Positions 12,976 to 25,355 of a stretch of 64,000 bases of DNA are shown piece by piece. A model generated the notes under the pieces. The model made no database searches and had not been told where the DNA came from. It saw only the letters and a program-made list of their open reading frames with translations. Source of the stretch: Octopus sinensis (Eukaryota); the NCBI RefSeq assembly GCF_006345805.1, contig NC_043026.1, positions 14,859,579-14,923,578 on the forward strand. The letters are read 5' to 3'. How positions within the stretch are numbered: position 1 is the stretch's first letter; the number at the start of each line of letters is the position of its first letter. Position numbers and translations under genes: made by a program.

Positions 12976-13160
12976 TATAGCCACTCCTTCTGTGTATATA
13001 AATTTATTTAAAGGTTGTGTGAACCTCATGAAGGGATGGTGTCAGCCAAGGAAATACTGGTTCAATGCCAAGCATCTTTGGGGAATTAATTTCCTTCTTA
13101 CCACACAGTCACTTCCTGCGCCTATACATAACACACACCCCACACACACACAAACACCAC

Positions 13161-13231
<71 letters not shown>

Positions 13232-13454
13232 TATAATACACATATTATGACGGACTTCTTTCCGCATGCTAACGGTTCTGCCAGCTCGCCGCATTTCAGA
13301 TTCTGTCGACCAAACCCACACACAAGGCTTAGCTTGGCCCAAGGCTATAGTAGAAGACACTTGCCTAAGGTGTCATGCAGTGGGACTGAACCTGGAATCA
13401 TGTGGTTGGGAAGCAAGCTTCTTACCACACAGCCGTTCCTGCGCTTATACATAT

Positions 13455-13748
13455 GTTGGGTCATCCCATAAATAATGCAGTTTTCTCAATTGCCTAAACT
13501 AAAAGTCAGAGGGGGATGGGATAATCTACCTGCATCAAATTAGTATAGAAGTACTTATTCTTAGTGCAAGTTTTGAAGAGTGCACTTCGATTTTAACAGT
13601 TATTTTTTCAAAGCTATAATAGAAGTGACAATGGAGCATATTCAGTATTTTTAGCTTTATGAGTTCAATAAAGACAACAACTCAATGGAAAGAGTGAGGA
13701 ATATTAATGCAGTAACTGAGGATTGGACAATAAACATAAGAAAGTGTC
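13455..13748 (+). mobile_element. Degenerate mariner 5' end (TIR plus transposase N-terminus)
   Basis: TIR-like ttgggtcatcccataaataatgc. Translation MEHIQYF*LYEFNKDNNSMERVRNINAV resembles the mariner HTH start. Truncated by a SINE A copy. Confidence 0.6.
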
Positions 13749-13749
13749 A

Positions 13750-14377
13750 GGCGCAGGAGTGGCTGTGTGGTTAATAGCTTGTTTATCAACCACATGGTTC
13801 TGGGTTCAGTCCCACTGCATGGCACCTTGGGCAAGTGTCTTCTACTATAACCTCGGGCTGACCAAAGCCTTGAGAGTGGATTTGGTAGACGGAAACTGAA
13901 AGAAGCCCGTTGAATATATGTATATATATATGTGTGTGTGTTTGTGCATCTGTGTTTGTCCCCCTAGCATTGCTTGACAACCGATGCTGGTGCGTTTAGG
14001 TCCCCGTAACTCAGCGGTTCGGCAAAGGAGACCGATAGAGTAAGCACTATGCTTACAATGAATAAGTCCTGGGGTCGATTTGCTCGACTAAAGGTGGTGC
14101 TCCAGCATGGCCACAGTCAAATGACTGAAACAAGTAAAAGAGACCGATAGAATAAGTACTAGGCTTACAAAGAATAAGTCCCGGGGTCGATTTGCTCGAC
14201 TAAAGGCAGTGCTCCAGCATGGCCGCAGTCAAATGACTAAAACAAGTATAAGAGACCGATAGAATAAGTACTGGGCTTACAAAGAATAAGTCCTGGGGTC
14301 GATTTGCTCGACTAAAGGCGGTGCTCCAGCATGGCCGCAGTCAAATGACTGATACAAGTAAAAGAGTAAAAGAGTAA
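13750..14377 (+). mobile_element. SINE family A with triplicated ~112-bp 3' segment
   Basis: gagaccgataga..aag at ~14028, 14140 and 14252. Confidence 0.85.
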
Positions 14378-14893
14378 GACCTGATACAATACGCTGCTAA
14401 TGCAGAAGAATTTACCAAAAATAGACATGAACTCCGAACAAGAACAGCCAACAAGAGAGAAGAAACCCTAGTCCAGATGGAATTACATGGTCGGTGCCAC
14501 ATGAAACCAACAAATTAAAAGACCAGGAGACATCATGGGGGTGGCTTAACTGACACCCTGACACCTCTTGTACCCCGACTATGAATTCTCATTTCTTACC
14601 CCTCTACATAGGTGCTTCAGTTTAGGTACCCACAAATTTGTACAAAACCCTAGAAATATTAGGCTGTTTTGTTTCTTAAGGAAGAGCAAAACACATACAC
14701 AAACAGTGGGAACTCCCTTGACGGAAAAGATCTTCATTTGATAGCAACTGGCTGGAACTCTCTTAAGAACACAAAACTCAAAAGGAAAAACATATATATA
14801 TATATTATATATATATTATATATAGAAGTGTACACACATATATTGTTATATGTATATATATATATATAAGTGAAAGCACATACAACACACATA

Positions 14894-14955
<62 letters not shown>

Positions 14956-14985
14956 TATGAGTGTGTGTGTGTATGCGTACACTTA

Positions 14986-15019
<34 letters not shown>

Positions 15020-15042
15020 AGTGTACGCACATACACACACAC

Positions 15043-15089
<47 letters not shown>

Positions 15090-15174
15090 TATTTGAGACA
15101 AAACCACTATTTTGCAAAACAAACAAGGAAAGACTTAATCAATACATAAAATTTAATAAATAGTCAAAAAACCA

Positions 15175-15217
15175 CCACTACAATCGTTTCTTGTCTTGAT
15201 CGACAATCTTCAGGTGG
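15175..15217 (-). ncRNA. Minimal type I hammerhead ribozyme
   Basis: Minus strand: ccac-CTGAAGA-ttgtc-gatcaa-gacaa-GAAA-cgattg-TA-gtgg. Confidence 0.8.
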
Positions 15218-15400
15218 ACTTTCAAATAATTCAGTTACAAATTATGCTTCATAATTTGTAACTGAACTATATATATAATATATATATATATTCAGACTGG
15301 GCCTGGCACAGCCGTCTGGCTTCCCAGACCCCAGTTGAACTGTCCAACCCATGCTAGCATGGAAAGCGGACGTTAAACGATGATGATGATGATATATATA

Positions 15401-15590
15401 GGGAAAGTTTACGAAAATAAACAAAAGACGAAGACAGGTGGTGTACAAAACAAACAGATGTATTAGTATAACGCTCAGGAATAGAAAAAGTCTTTTACAT
15501 TTCGAGCCTATGCTCTTCTACAGAAAGGGACACAGAAAAAACAAGGAGAGAAAACAATGTGTATAGTGGCTAATGATCTATCATGGTGTA
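15401..15590 (-). mobile_element. Short PLE-like terminal repeat with variant hammerhead (15492-15527)
   Basis: Homologous to 62685-62887(+). Minus strand reads cttt-CTGTAGA-a-gagc-atag-gctc-GAAA-tg-TA-aaag. Confidence 0.65.
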
Positions 15591-15976
15591 TATATATATG
15601 TGTGTGTTTGTACATATATGTATATCATTGTTGTCGTTTAACGTCTGCTTTCCATGCTGGCATGGGTTGGACGGTTTGACTGAGGTCTGGCATGCCAGAA
15701 GGCTGCACTAGGCTCCAGTCTTATCTGGCAAGGTTCCCACGGCTGGATGCCCTTCCTAATGCCAAACACTCCGAGAATGTAGTGAGTGCTTTTTTGTGTG
15801 CCACCGGAATGAGAGCCAGTCAGGTGCCACTAGCATTGACCATGCTTGAATGGTGCTTTTTATGTGTCACTGGCACAGGAGCCAGTGAGGCGGCACTAAA
15901 ACAATATACAATGTCATCCATATGAAAGACAACCTAAAAATAATGCTTCAGAACTTCATTATATGTCTATACATAC

Positions 15977-16033
<57 letters not shown>

Positions 16034-16239
16034 CTCTCTTACTTGTTTCAGTCATTTGACTGTGGCCATGCTGGAGCACTGCCTTTAGACGAGCAAATCA
16101 GCCCCAGGACTTACTCTTTGTAAGTTAGTACTTATTCTATCGGTATATTTTGCCGAACCGCTAAGTTACGGGGACGTAGACACACCAGCATCGGTTGTCA
16201 AGCGATGTTAGGGGGACAAACACAGACACAGAAACATAT

Positions 16240-16294
<55 letters not shown>

Positions 16295-16459
16295 TATGAC
16301 AGGCTTCTTTCAGTTTCCATCTACCAAATCCACTCACAAGGCTTTGGTCGGCCCGAGGCTGTAGTAGAAGACACTTGCCCAAGTTGCCACGCAGTGGGAA
16401 TGAACCCGGAACCATGTGGTTGGCAAGCAAGCCACTTACCACACAGCCACTCCTGCGCC
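16034..16459 (-). mobile_element. SINE family A, full length
   Basis: Reverse complement of the family A consensus. Confidence 0.85.
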
Positions 16460-16678
16460 TATATATATATAACATGACACACAGACACACAGACACACAT
16501 ATAATAATGATAATAATAAAAACATTGTGTACAGTGCTCAGGTGCACTACAACTCATCTAAAGTGTATGTATAATCAGGTGTAGTTTCGGCGGATATGTA
16601 TCCAGATTTCACTTACCTCGGGAAACATCTGTATTGTGTATAGGCATATATATATATGAGTGTGTGTATGTGTTTGTA

Positions 16679-16712
<34 letters not shown>

Positions 16713-16800
16713 CACACATGCACAGCAACAAATACGACAAAGTACAATTACTGCGTGTAGGAAATGTAAGAGTATTTAACAATTGTAAATTTATGTACAA

Positions 16801-16836
<36 letters not shown>

Positions 16837-17111
16837 TATATATGCATTTATGTTCTTCTTCCTGTTGTTGTTGCTGTATTAGTTGTTGCTGTTAAATCCT
16901 TCCCTGCTGTTGTCCGAAACTCTTAAACACAGACACCCTACAACAAGGGCCAGATGTGACCGTCTGCTGCTGGGGGAAGATGGTTGGTGTGTGAGCCGTG
17001 AGTTGCAAATGTGAGCGGGAGTGAGAGTGAGAGTGAGAGTTAGAGTGAGAGTGAAGGTATGAGTGTGGGTGGCAAAGGAAGATTCCACTGCTGACAATCT
17101 CTGCTCTAATT

Positions 17112-17823
17112 GTGATGGTGGTGGTGGTGGTGATGATGATGATGAGTGATGGTGGTGGTGGTTGTAGAGGTTGGTGGTGGTTGTAGTGGTGGTAGTGGTG
17201 ATGATGGTGGTGGTGGTTGTGGTGATAGTGGTAGTGGTTGTAGTGGTGGTGGTTATGGTGATGGTGGTGGTGGTGGTGGTGGTGGTGGTTGTAGTGGTGA
17301 TGGTGGTGGTTGTGGTGGTGGTGGTGGTGACAATGATGATGATGAGTGATAGTGGTGGAGATGGTGGTGGTGGTAGTTGTAGAGGTGGTGGTGGTGGTGG
17401 TTGTAGTGGTGGTAGTGGTGATGATGGTGATGGTGGTTGTGGTGATAGTGGTAGTGGTTGTAGTGGTGGTGGTTATGGTGATGGTGGTGGTGGTGGTGGT
17501 AGTGGTGATGATGGTGGTGGTGGTGGTGGTTGTAGTGGTGATGGTGGTGGTTGTGGTGGTGGTGGTGACAATGATGATGATGAGTGATGGTGGTGGAGAT
17601 GGTGGTGGTGGTGGTTGTAGTGGTGCTGGTAGTGGTGATGATGGTGGTGGTGGTTGTGGTGATGGTGGTGGTGGTGGTGGTAGTGGTCGTAGTGGTGGTG
17701 GTGGTGGTGGTGGTTGTGGTGGTGGTTGTGGTGATGGTGGTGGTAGTGGTGGTGGTGATAATAGTGGTGGTGGTGGTGGTGATGCTGGTAATGGTGGCAG
17801 CATCAGTGGTTATGGTGGTGGTG
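17112..17823. repeat. (GGT/GAT)n cryptic repeat with block duplications
   Basis: Repeated 'gatgatgatgagtgat' blocks at ~17135, 17335 and 17572. Confidence 0.9.
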
Positions 17824-18115
17824 GAGACAGGGGGCAAGGGAGAAGAGAGTGGTGGGGGGTGTTAGACAATCCTCAGATTATCTTCAAGATGGTGGAAGGC
17901 CGTGAGAAAAGAGAAACGAACACGAGAGGATAAAATTAGGCAAATAGAGAGTGGGACGGCACAAACAACAGCAACAACAACGATGATGATGATGATGATG
18001 ACTCCGTTTATTTGCCACCAGGGCAAAGGATGAGGGGGACGAATCAAGGACAGACATAAAGTGTGGGCGTTTACATATAAAGAAAGGATAAAATAATTAA
18101 ATTACAAAATAACAA

Positions 18116-18152
<37 letters not shown>

Positions 18153-18384
18153 GTAATTCCCTTCTACTACAGGCACAAGGCCTGAAATTTGGGGGGAGGG
18201 GACTAGTCGATTATATTGACCTCAGTGTTTTACTGGTACTTAATTTATCGATCCCCAAAAAGACAAATGGCTAAGTCGATCTCAGTTGCATTTGAACTCA
18301 GAACGTAAGGACTGACAAAATACTGCTGAGAATTTCACCCAATGTGCTAACGATTCTGCCAGCTCACCACCTTACCATGCACAA

Positions 18385-18714
18385 CAGGCTTCTTTCAGTT
18401 TCCACCTACCAAATCCACTCACAAGGCTTTGGTCGGCCTGAGGCTTTAGTAGAAGACACTTGTCCATGGTGTCACACAGTGGGAATGAACCCGGAACCAT
18501 GTGGTTGGTAAACAAGCTACTTATCACACAGCCACTCCTATATATACATATATATATATATATATGATGGGCTTCTTTCAGTTTCCGTCTACCAAATCCA
18601 CTCACAAGGCTTTGGTCAGCCTGAGGCTTTAATAGAAGACACTTGCCCAAGGTGCCATGCAGTAGGATTGAACTTGGAACCATGTGGTTGGTAAACAAGC
18701 TTCTTACCACACAG

Positions 18715-18751
<37 letters not shown>

Positions 18752-18915
18752 CATACAATGGGCTTCTTTCAGTTTCCTACCAAATCCAGACACAAGGCTT
18801 TGGTCAGCCTAAAGCCGTAGTAAAAGACACTTGCTCAAGGTGCCACGCAGTGGGACTGAACCCGGAACCATGTGGTTGGGAAGCAAGCTACTTACCACAC
18901 AGCCATGCCTGCACC
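18385..18915 (-). mobile_element. Three tandem SINE family A 5' halves
   Basis: ggcttctttcagtttcc...accacacagcca repeated three times, separated by microsatellites. Confidence 0.75.
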
Positions 18916-19139
18916 TATACACACACACACACACATCTTTTATGTAAAACTGTTTCTTGGTGGTTAATGACGAAACTGCTATATGGTCTCTAAATGTGTT
19001 TGAAATAGCAGTCAAATCCCGTAAAAATCATGCTTTAATGTAACTGCACATTATCTAATACATTGTCTAAATAAAAGTCATGATGGCCACAGTTGGGAAG
19101 TCTTCTATCAGATCTCAGCTCTTTCTAGACATACCTGGG

Positions 19140-19935
19140 GCTTAGCAACAACAACAACGAGGAAGGACACATTAGATAATGTACTCCTAGATACACTATG
19201 CCAGTTTAAAAGACAGGATGGTCACAGCTGGAATATCTTTGATCACAGGTCTGCTGGATCAAGACTGTCCTGTGGCTAAACAACAACAAGGAAGGTCACA
19301 TTAGATAATGTACTCCTAGATACACTATGCCAGTTTAAAAGACAGGATGGTTACAGCCGGAATATCTTTGATCACAGGTCTGCTGGATCAAGACTGTCCT
19401 GTGGCTAAACAACAACAAGGAAGGTCACATTAGATAATGTACTCCTAGATACACTATGCCAGTTTAAAAGAGAGGATGGTCACAGCTGGAATATCTTTGA
19501 TCACAGGTCTGCTGGATCAAGACTGTCCTGTGGCTAAACAACAACAAGGAAGGTCACATTAGATAATGTACTCCTAGATACACTATGCCAGTTTAAAAGA
19601 CAGGATGGTTACAGCCGGAATATCTTTGATCACAGGTCTGCTGGATCAAGACTGTCCTGTGGCTAAACAACAACAAGGAAGGTCACATTAGATAATGTAC
19701 TCCTAGATACACTATGCCAGTTTAAAAGACAGGATGGTCACAGCTGGAATATCTTTGATCACAGGTCTGCTGGATCAAGACTGTCCTGTGGCTAAACAAC
19801 AACAAGGAAGGACACATTAGATAATGTACTCCTAGATACACGATGCCTGAATAATAAAAGACAGGATGGTCACAGCTGGAATATCTTTGATCGCCGTTCA
19901 GGACTGACCTGGGGCTAAACAATAGCAACACAAAC
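19140..19935. repeat. 129-bp tandem repeat, about 6 copies
   Basis: ggaagg(t)cacattagataatgtactcctagatacac at ~19160, 19290, 19419, 19548, 19677 and 19806. Confidence 0.9.
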
Positions 19936-19949
19936 AAAAGCAAACATAG

Positions 19950-20493
19950 ACGGTAAAGTTAGAGTGAGCTCCCTTGTTTCGGCTGGAACTCTCTAATATC
20001 CGCAAAAAACTTTGTCTCGTGGCATTTCGCGGTTTCCCTTGTTGTTGCTGTGTTGTGTCCTTCATTCATTTCCACCGATTACTGTTGCTTTCACTGAAGA
20101 TAAAATCCGACAGAAGGGAAATCTCTGACGAAAAGCTTCCCGGCCATGACCACCCCCTCCTCATAACGTCGCGTCGACGACGACGACATCATTGAGCGTG
20201 TTCTTTAGAATAATCGGGATTTGGCTGCGTTTTCTAGCACGACAAGCAACCACGTCGACGCAGTGGTGTGCATTTCCTTCTGCTGTGTTGTGGCTGTCAT
20301 TCATTGCGCATCGCATGCTTCAATGTTCTCCACATTACTGTAAACACAGTCTGATATATATTTTTATACACCAATACACACACAGCACTATTGTATATAC
20401 ACCACACTGCACTCTACACGCAGCCGCGCAATTATATACACCTGTCTAGACCGGTAATTCCAATTTCATAAAAGCAAAAAAAAACACTACTCC
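19950..20493. promoter_or_regulatory. CpG-retaining ALG2 promoter/5' region
   Basis: Locally high CpG density (acgtcgcgtcgacgacgacg, cacgtcgacg) directly upstream of the ATG. Confidence 0.45.
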
Positions 20494-20989
20494 ATGCTCA
20501 ACATCGTTTTTGTCCACCCAGATTTGGGTATTGGCGGAGCCGAGAGGGCGGTGGTCGATGCCGCGATGGCCCTCAAGTCCCGCGGTCACACGGTTCGATT
20601 CTTAACGGCGCACCACGACAGGGACCATTGCTTCGAAGAGACGATAGACGGCAGTTTGGACGTGACAGAAGTGGGCAGTTGGATCCCGACCAACCTCTGT
20701 GGCCATATGTTCGCCTTTTGGGCTTACGTTCGCATGATTTACGTCGCTTTCTACCTGGTGTTGTCGGGTTTGGCCTGCGACCTGGTCATCGTCGACCAGG
20801 TCTCCGCTTGTATTCCCATACTGAGGCTAAGGGGCTCCGTAAAGGTTCTCTTTTACTGCCATTATCCGGACATGCTGCTGACGGGTCGCGAAACCCTACT
20901 CAAGGCTATGTACAGGGCCCCACTTGATTGGCTGGAAGAGACCACGACAGGCCAGGCCGATGTTGTCCTGGTCAATAGCAAGTTTACAG
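20494..20989 (+). CDS. ALG2: ALG2 alpha-1,3/1,6-mannosyltransferase (GT4), exon 1
   Basis: [24 protein letters not shown]...HCFEET...VLFYCHYPD...[20 protein letters not shown]. Donor G|gtgagt, phase 1. Confidence 0.95.
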
Positions 20990-21021
20990 GTGAGTCCCTT
21001 TCATTATCTATTAGATTGATT

Positions 21022-21126
21022 TGCGGGGCCGAGAGGGCGCTGGTTGATGCTGCAATGGCCCTCAAGTCCCGCGGTCACACGGTTCGATTCTTAACGGCGC
21101 ATCACAACAGGGACCATTGCTACGAA
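21022..21126 (+). pseudogene. 105-nt diverged duplicate of ALG2 exon 1 segment 20533-20637 in intron 1
   Basis: [35 protein letters not shown] versus [35 protein letters not shown]. Confidence 0.9.
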
Positions 21127-21519
21127 TTTTCTTATTGATTATTTGGCCGGAATTCTACCTTAAGCACCCCCATAAGTCACCCCATAATCCTTTAATTTTT
21201 TTTAACAGGAATTTTCAGAAAAAATTGTTTACGAATTTGTGTTTTCTAAACACAGGGATTGATTCGATTAGGCAAAAATAAAAAAAAAAAAGGGACCGGA
21301 AAAATTTTTTTTGTGTGAATTAAGGCTAATTTAGCTGTTGGTTTAGCACATCCCACGACCACCTGGTAGCTTCCTCATTTCCTTATCACTCACTTGTGAT
21401 GTTTTTCAATATTTTTCTCCTTTTATGGGGTGATGATGCACCCAGGGGTGATTCACTGCTGGGATTTAACACTTTGACCCCCACACGCCCTACCGGTGGA
21501 TCGTGGTAGTATTCTTTTA

Positions 21520-21850
21520 CTGTCTGTCTGTGTGTCTGTCTCACGGTTTGTCTGTCTATTTCTCTGCTTGTCTATTTCTTTGCCTGTCTGTCTGTCTATC
21601 TCACTGTCTGTCTGTCTGTCTCACTGTCTGTCTGTCTGTCTCACTGTCTGTCTGTCTATCTCACTGTCTGTCTGTCTGTCTCACTGTCTGTCTGTCTGTC
21701 TGTCTCACTGTCTGTCTGTCTGTCTGTCTATTTCTTTGCCTGTCTGTCTGTCTATTTCTTTACCTGTCTGTCTGTCTGTCTATTTCTTTGTCTGTCTGTC
21801 TGTCTGCCTGCCTGTCTGTCTGTCTCTCCCTCTCTCTCTCTCTCACTGTC
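21520..21850. repeat. (CTGT)n microsatellite
   Basis: Degenerate tctg tetranucleotide tract in ALG2 intron 1. Confidence 0.9.
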
Positions 21851-21951
21851 TATCTTTCCCTACTCCCTCTCTGTCTTCTTGTCCTCCTCATCCCCACCAC
21901 CACCACCACCATCTCCAATCTTCTACATTTGTTCCTTTTCTCCTTTTTCAG

Positions 21952-22152
21952 CTGAAATCTTTCGAACGACATTCAAAAGACTTTCCCACATCAACCCACA
22001 AGTCCTGTATCCAATTCCAAACTTCTCAGCATTCAACACAGAACCACCCCCAGCCACTGATGACCTCCTCCCCAGAGGAAAGAAACACATCTTTCTTTCA
22101 ATCAACCGTTATGAACGCAAGAAAAACCTTGCCCTCGCTTTGCAGGCTTTCA
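21952..22152 (+). CDS. ALG2: ALG2 exon 2
   Basis: Acceptor tttttcag|ct. [21 protein letters not shown]...[20 protein letters not shown]. Donor A|gtaagt; 201 nt, phase 1-1. Confidence 0.95.
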
Positions 22153-22190
22153 GTAAGTATGAGCAACTAACCCAGTATTTTTACAGACAT

Positions 22191-24760
22191 AGGCGCAGGA
22201 GTGGCTGTGTGGTAAGTAGCTTGCTAACCAACCACATAGTTTCGGGTTCAGTCCCACTGCGTGGCATCTTGGGCAAGTGTCTTCTGCTATAGCCTCGGGC
22301 CGAAGAGATACTACCAGGCACAGGAGTGGCTGTGTGGTAAGTAGCTTGCTAACCAACCACATAGTTCCGGGTTCAGTCCCACTGCGTGGCATCTTGGGCA
22401 AGTGTCTTCTGCTATAGCCTCGGGCCGAAGAGATACTACTAGGCGCAGGAGTGGCTGTGTGGTAAGTAGCTTGCTTACCAACCACATCATCCGTGTTCAG
22501 TCCCACTGCATGACACCTTAGGCAAGTATCTTTGCTATAGCCTCAGGCCGAAGAGATACTACAGGCGCAGGAGTGGCTGTGTGGTAAGTAGCTTGCTTAC
22601 CAACCACATCATTCCGTGTTCAGTCCCACTGCATGACACCTTAGGCAAGTGTCTTCTGCTATAGCCTCAGGCCGAAGAGATACTACCAGGCGCAGGAGTG
22701 GCTGTGTGGTAAGTAGCTTGCTTACCAACCACATCATTCCGGGTTCAGTCCCACTGCGTGGCATCTTGGGCAAGTGTCTTCTGCTATAGCCTCGGGCCAA
22801 AGAGATACTACCAGGCGCAGGAGTGGCTGTGTGGTAAGTAGCTTGCTTACCAACCACATCATTCCGGGTTCAGTCCCACTGCGTGGCATCTTGGGCAAGT
22901 GTCTTCTGCTATAGCCTCGGGCCGAAGAGATACTACCAGGCGCAGGAGTGGCTGTGTGGTAAGTAGCTTGCTAACCAACCACATGGTTCCGGGTTCAGTC
23001 CCACTGCGTGGCATCTTGGGCAAGTGTCTTCTGCTATAGCCTCGGGCCAAAGAGATACTACCAGGCGCAGGAGTGGCTGTGTGGTAAGTAGCTTGCTTAC
23101 CAACCACATCATTCCGTGTTCAGTCCCACTGCATGACACCTTAGGCAAGTGTCTTCTGCTATAGCCTCAGGCCGAAGAGATACTACCAGGCGCAGGAGTG
23201 GCTGTGTGGTAAGTAGCTTGCTAACCAACCACATAGTTCCGGGTTCAGTCCCACTGCGTGGCATCTTGGGCAAGTGTCTTCTGCTATAGCCTCGGGCCGA
23301 AGAGATACTACCAGGCGCAGGAGTGGCTGTGTGGTAAGTAGCTTGCTTACCAACCACATCATTCCGGGTTCAGTCCCACTGCGTGGCATCTTGGGCAAGT
23401 GTCTTCTGCTATAGCCTCGGGCCGAAGAGATACTACCAGGCGCAGGAGTGGCTGTGTGGTAAGTAGCTTGCTTACCAACCACATCATTCCGTGTTCAGTC
23501 CCACTGCATGACACCTTAGGCAAGTGTCTTCTGCTATAGCCTCAGGCCGAAGAGATACTACTAGGCGCAGGAGTGGCTGTGTGGTAAGTAGCTTGCTTAC
23601 CAACCACATCATTCCGGGTTCAGTCCCACTGCGTGGCATCTTGGCAAGTGTCTTCTGCTATAGCCTCGGGCCAAAGAGATACTACTACCAGGCGCAGAGT
23701 GGCTGTGTGGTAAGTAGCTTGCTTACCAACCACATCATTCCGGGTTCAGTCCCACTGCGTGCATCTTGGGCAAGTGTCTTCTGCTATAGCCTCGGGCCAA
23801 AGAGATACTACCAGGCGCAGGAGTGGCTGTGTGGTAAGTAGCTTGCTTACCAACCACATCATTCCGGGTTCAGTCCCACTGCGTGGCATCTTGGGCAAGT
23901 GTCTTCTGCTATAGCCTCGGGCCGAAGAGATACTACCAGGCGCAGGAGTGGCTGTGTGGTAAGTAGCTTGCTTACCAACCACATCATTCCGTGTTCAGTC
24001 CCACTGCATGACACCTTAGGCAAGTATCTTCTGCTATAGCCTCAGGCCGAAGAGATACTACCAGGCGCAGGAGTGGCTGTGTGGTAAGTAGCTTGCTTAC
24101 CAACCACATCATTCCGTGTTCAGTCCCACTGCATGACACCTTAGGCAAGTGTCTTCTGCTATAGCCTCAGGCCAAAGAGATACTACCATGCGCAGGAGTG
24201 GCTGTGTGGTAAGTAGCTTGCTTACCAACCACATCATTCCGGTTCAGTCCCACTGCATGACACCTTAGGCAAGTATCTTCTGCTATAGCCTCAGCCGAAG
24301 AGATACTACCAGGCGCAGGAGTGGCTGTGTGGTAAGTAGCTTGCTTACCAACCACATCATTCCGTGTTCAGTCCCACTGCATGACACCTTAGGCAAGTGT
24401 CTTCTGCTATAGCCTCAGGCCGAAAGATACTACCAGGCGCAGGAGTGGCTGTGTGGTAAGTAGCTTGCTTACCAACCACATCATTCCGTGTTCAGTCCCA
24501 CTGCATGACACCTTAGGCAAGTGTCTTCTGCTATAGCCTCAGGCCGAAGAGATACTACCAGGCGCAGGAGTGGCTGTGTGGTAAGTAGCTTGCTTACCAA
24601 CCACATCATTCCGTGTTCAGTCCCACTGCATGACACCTTAGGCAAGTGTCTTCTGCTATAGCCTCAGGCCGAAGAGATACTACCAGGCGCAGGAGTGGCT
24701 GTGTGGTAAGTAGCTTGCTAACCAACCACATGGTTCCGGGTTCAGTCCCACTGCGTGGCG
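22191..24760 (+). repeat. Tandem array of ~125-bp SINE-A heads (~20.5 copies) in ALG2 intron 2
   Basis: Unit aggcgcaggagtggctgtgtgg...gttcagtccc...gcctcgggccgaagagatactacc, starting at 22191, 22316, 22441 and onward. Confidence 0.95.
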
Positions 24761-24849
24761 TCCGAGAGTGTATATATATATGTGTGTGTATATATGTATG
24801 TATGTATCTTTCTCCACTTTTGTTCATTGTTTTTTCTTTGTGTTTTCAG

Positions 24850-25355
24850 AAAAGTTGGAGGAGCAACTGACCAGCAACAGCAATGCCCACCTGGTGATTG
24901 CCGGAGGTTATGATGAACGGGTGACCGAAAATCGACAGTACTATCTGGAACTACGACAGATGGCAGCAAAGCTTCAGATCGAGGACACCGTGACATTCGT
25001 GCGGTCATTCACGTCCAGTCAGAAGCTGACGCTGCTGTCGCAGGTCACTTGTCTTTTATACACTCCTGATAAGGAACATTTCGGTATTGTACCTGTTGAG
25101 GCAATGTACATGAAGTTACCTGTTGTGGCCGTAGCAAGTGGTGGACCCCTCGAGACCATTGAACATGGTGAGACCGGATTTCTGTGTCCGGCGACGGCCG
25201 AGGCATTTGCAGAGGCGATGCGGAAGTTTATCGATGAGCCGCACCTAAAACAATCCATGGGCGAAAAGGGACGCGGTCGGGTTGAGAAGCTTTTCTCCTT
25301 CGATGTATTCACTGAGAAACTGGATAACATTGTTGAGTCGTTGTGTAATAAGTGA
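24850..25355 (+). CDS. ALG2: ALG2 exon 3 (last coding exon)
   Basis: Acceptor ttttcag|aa. HLVIAGGYDERVTEN...LLYTPDKEHFGIVPVEAM...ASGGPLETI contains the GT4 EX7E motif. TGA at 25353-25355; spliced CDS is 1203 nt (400 aa). Confidence 0.95.

Noticed and set aside
16611-16632. Minus-strand cag|ATGTTTCCCGAG|gtaagt possible 12-nt microexon
   Set aside because: No polypyrimidine tract and no established host gene; could be chance.
16892-17933. Pro/Thr/His/Gly-rich ORFs up to 303 aa
   Set aside because: (GGT)n-type repeat open in most frames on both strands.
22191-24760. CRISPR-like regular repeat or tRNA gene cluster
   Set aside because: Units are contiguous with no unique spacers, there are no cas genes, and units match SINE heads rather than complete cloverleaf tRNAs.
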